Shown in pieces: positions 60,954 through 64,000 of a DNA stretch of 64,000 bases. The notes under the pieces were generated by a model. It searched no databases, had not been told where the DNA came from, and saw nothing but the letters and a program-made list of their open reading frames with translations. Position numbers and translations under genes: made by a program. Numbering within the stretch: the first letter of the stretch is position 1; each line of letters begins with the position of its first letter. Source of the DNA: Gracilinanus agilis (Eukaryota); assembly GCF_016433145.1 (NCBI RefSeq), contig NC_058133.1, forward strand, positions 513,399,974-513,463,973, given 5' to 3'.

Positions 60954-62379
60954 AAAATTGTAGGCTCCATTTAATTTAAAATTTTTTATATTCATCTTTA
61001 TAATTTTTCATTGCTCTTTTATCTAAATCTGATTCCAACTAATTCCTCTCTAAGGAGGATATGATGATGATCATACATAGGAAAGGATGTTTTAGCAATC
61101 TCCCATAAACTAAAAACCCTATCCATTAAAATCAGGGAAGTATCTTCCTAATTGTTAACATGGTTAAGAATTGAAAGATTTCCATTATTTGCAATTCAAA
61201 TGACAACTCATTAAAGTAACGCTACACTAGCATATAATATTCAGTCAAAAGTCATCAGGGGGGATTATCTTTTATATTTGAAAAGACAAAAAATTGTGGT
61301 ATTGTTATACACTTACCCTTGTCCCTGGAGTTTGCTATTTGAGAATAAAGGGAGGGATATAGCAGCATCATGACTGTTCTTCAGTTCTACTGGACTTCAA
61401 GGCATGGGTTATGGTCAGTAGCTAATCACATAAAAAAAGCTCATTATAAGCCACAGAGTATTATGGCCAGATTCAGATCTACCTGGGTAGGAAAATGTCC
61501 TTGTTTACCAAAATGGGGAAACGAAGTCCAGAGAATCCTCCCTTAACCTTCTAAAAGTCGTTCCCTCATAATTCCCAGAGACCAACATCCGCCCATTACA
61601 GTTCTCAAACTTGCAGGAGCTCATAGCATTCCTTTGGATGGTGGACAAGTGGCATGAGAGGTCAGACCTCTGTATCTGAGAGCAAAACTTGGAATAGAAG
61701 CCAATTAAAGTCCCCAAAGATTTTTCCTCAAACAATAGCATTTTGTCAATTATAGCTTAGGGTTGGGTTATTGTTATTTTTCTCATGTCTTAATAAGGAG
61801 TGGGACATTCTACTGATCTTTTTTGTAAGAATAATTAAATTTGGACTTTTACTCGTATACAGTAAGCAGCAATTCAGTTGGTTAAAAAATGTAGTTTCGT
61901 TTCTTACTAATTATTAACAATTACATGATTTTCCAAGTGATATGAACTGAAACTCATTTAAGGTTAACATGTACATTTTTCTACTTTGGTTGGGAGATGT
62001 CTTAATTCCTCAACTTGCAATACTATGAAATTTTACAACACACTGTTCGAGGATTTGGGGTAAGATCTCACGACCCAATGTGAGTAGGCAACTCCAAGGA
62101 ACTTCACATAAGAGGGCCTCAAGAGGATTTTATTGTTTTTTGATTTTTTTTTTTATCAGTGAGCCACGATTATATTTGCTGATTTAAAACAAAATATAAC
62201 TAAATACTCAGCAGTTTTTTTTAAAGTATTTTGCCACCTTCCTCCAAGAGTTCTCAAAACATAAAAAAGGAAGTCCCCTTTCCCAAGGTACCTCCGATAC
62301 AATGATCTCTCAAATTTCACAATAGAAGGGAGGTTTTTGTAGTATCCATCAGGTGATATTAATTCAGTCAAATGCATGG

Positions 62380-63480
62380 AGAATGATTTTTCTCACCTTT
62401 GGAGCCACAGCTTAGCAGTTAATATAGGGCATTGTAGACTCTGTTAAGAGAGTATGGATAGCCCCTGGTATAACTATCATAGCCTCTAAAGTGTGTGCAG
62501 TCTGCCGTACCTGCCAAGCATATAATCAACATGCCTTTCATGACAAAGCTTTTCGTGGGCATCCTCTGGCTTACACACCTTTTGAACACCTAAAAATTGA
62601 CTTTATCACTATGCCAAAGACTGGACATTATAAATTTTGTCTAGTCATAGTGGATTAACTGACCAGATGGCTGGAAGCGTTTCCTACCACCTGGGCCACA
62701 ATGGCTTTTTTTTTTTTAAACCCTTAACTTCTATGTATTGGTTCCTTGGTGGAAGAGTGGTAAGGGTGGGCAATGGGGGTCAAGTGACTTGCCCAGAGTC
62801 ACACAGCACAATGGCTTTTGTTGCCAAGGTGCTCTTAAAAGAGATTGTTACTTGCCTACCTGCACGTATTGATTCAGACAAGGGAACTCATTTTACTGAT
62901 TTGGTTTTATCTCAGATATATTCTTGTTTGAGGGTCACTCCCAAATTCCATGTACCATATCATCCCCAGGGCTCAGGCCAAGTTGAGAGAATGAATAGAG
63001 ATCTTAAAACTATGATTGGCAAATTGTGCATGGAGACTCATTTAAAATGGCCTGAAATTGTCCCCCTTGCCCTATTTTATCTCCAAAGCAGGCCGAGGAG
63101 AGATCTACACATCTCACCATTTGAGATGCTTTTTGGACACCCCCCTATCCAAGCTAAGCCTTTTTCTCCTGCATACACATCATTACTAGGGGGGGACACT
63201 TCTATTGCTTCATATATAGGACTTACAGATCAAATTGTGAGAACTCCATGAATCCGGGGCTGGTGTACAAGCAGGACCTATAGACTTCTCAATGTCCTAC
63301 ACTCAGGTGACAAGGTGTATATTAAGAACTTCCAGTGCAGTGGGGGAACTTAGGCTGCCTGGGAAGGTCCATTCCAAGTCCTGTAAAGCACTCCAACAGC
63401 TATCAAAATTGGAGAAAAGGACTCTTGGATTCATTGCTCTCATCAAAAGATCCAGAATGAACTTCGGGATGTAGAGAATT
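62380..63480 (+). mobile_element. ERV pol integrase remnant (class I-like)
   Basis: CAVCRTC zinc motif; PFEHLKIDFITMP; LVIVD*LTRWLEAFPT; IDSDKGTHF; YHPQGSGQVERMNRDLK; SPFEMLFG; one stop and a SINE insertion. Confidence 0.92.
62710..62806 (-). mobile_element. 5'-truncated SINE1_Mdo-type SINE inside the integrase
   Basis: 13-bp TSD cacaatggctttt (62697-62709 and 62807-62819). Confidence 0.92.
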
Positions 63481-64000
63481 GAACTGTGGGGGTTGAACGC
63501 ATTTATTTTGAATGTAAACTCTTATGCCAAAGGGGATTGCCTCCTAATTGGCTTTTTGTCAATGAGCCTAGCAATCATTGATTTTTATTCTTTTATTTCC
63601 CTCGAATCCCCAAATTATTGTAATTTCCCCTTAGAAAGTTCAATATTATGTACCTCTAGTTAAAGATCTTTAGAGATATAAGTTGGTTATGTGTAGATTC
63701 ACTGGGGAAACTAGGCATGTAAATCTGGGAGATTTCTACATGCCTGTTTCCCACTGGAATCACAGGGGGATTGTGTAATTAGAATTTCGCTCCCCCAAAC
63801 TCTCCTACCCAGCATCCCATTTGTGTCCTCATACTGAGTGTGAACACTGCATGTGTACGTAGGATAAAGTTCTGATTGACCTCGCCTCACTCTCATTCTC
63901 TCTTCCCCTGATCACAGCGGTGGAAGTTGGCTTTGAGCCAGGCAGGAGAATTTACTCACATGGTCTAATTTTTACTGGATAATTAGTTTTTATATTTCTA

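Noticed and set aside
62637-63251. 204-aa ORF as an intact integrase or a novel fusion protein
   Set aside because: Its N-terminal part is frame-shifted pol sequence plus an antisense SINE with a 13-bp TSD; the true integrase frame has a stop and is split by the SINE

Overview
Marsupial genomic DNA, very likely the opossum Monodelphis domestica (inferred from abundant SINE1_Mdo-type SINEs, MAR1/MIR, L1_Mdo-like and L2 repeats). The window holds two tandem, paralogous + strand KRAB-C2H2 zinc-finger genes. Gene 1 has coding exons 6317-6337, 8726-8852, 10343-10438 and 19490-21819, giving about 857 aa with 20 intact fingers. Gene 2 has exons 32963-33036, 34836-34962, 43151-43246 and 48389-52908, giving about 1590 aa with 45 intact and 2 degenerate fingers, but no obvious ATG upstream of KRAB-A. 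Three homologous CpG-island promoter modules carry ZNF143, NRF1 and ETS motifs. Other content: a UBE2D3 processed pseudogene with a non-canonical 5' segment, an ERV LTR-gag fragment flanked by a 94-bp duplication just after the gene 1 stop, several solo LTRs, an ERV integrase remnant and many L1, L2 and SINE copies. The most striking unexplained signal is an intragenic zone (~41.7-45.9 kb, with a similar shift at ~31.2-35.0 kb) where originally AT-rich L1 and SINE sequence and the KRAB exons of gene 2 have been strongly shifted to G/C. This fits GC-biased gene conversion at a recombination hotspot, which may also have removed the gene 2 start codon. All repeat names are by-eye recognitions; no database search was run.
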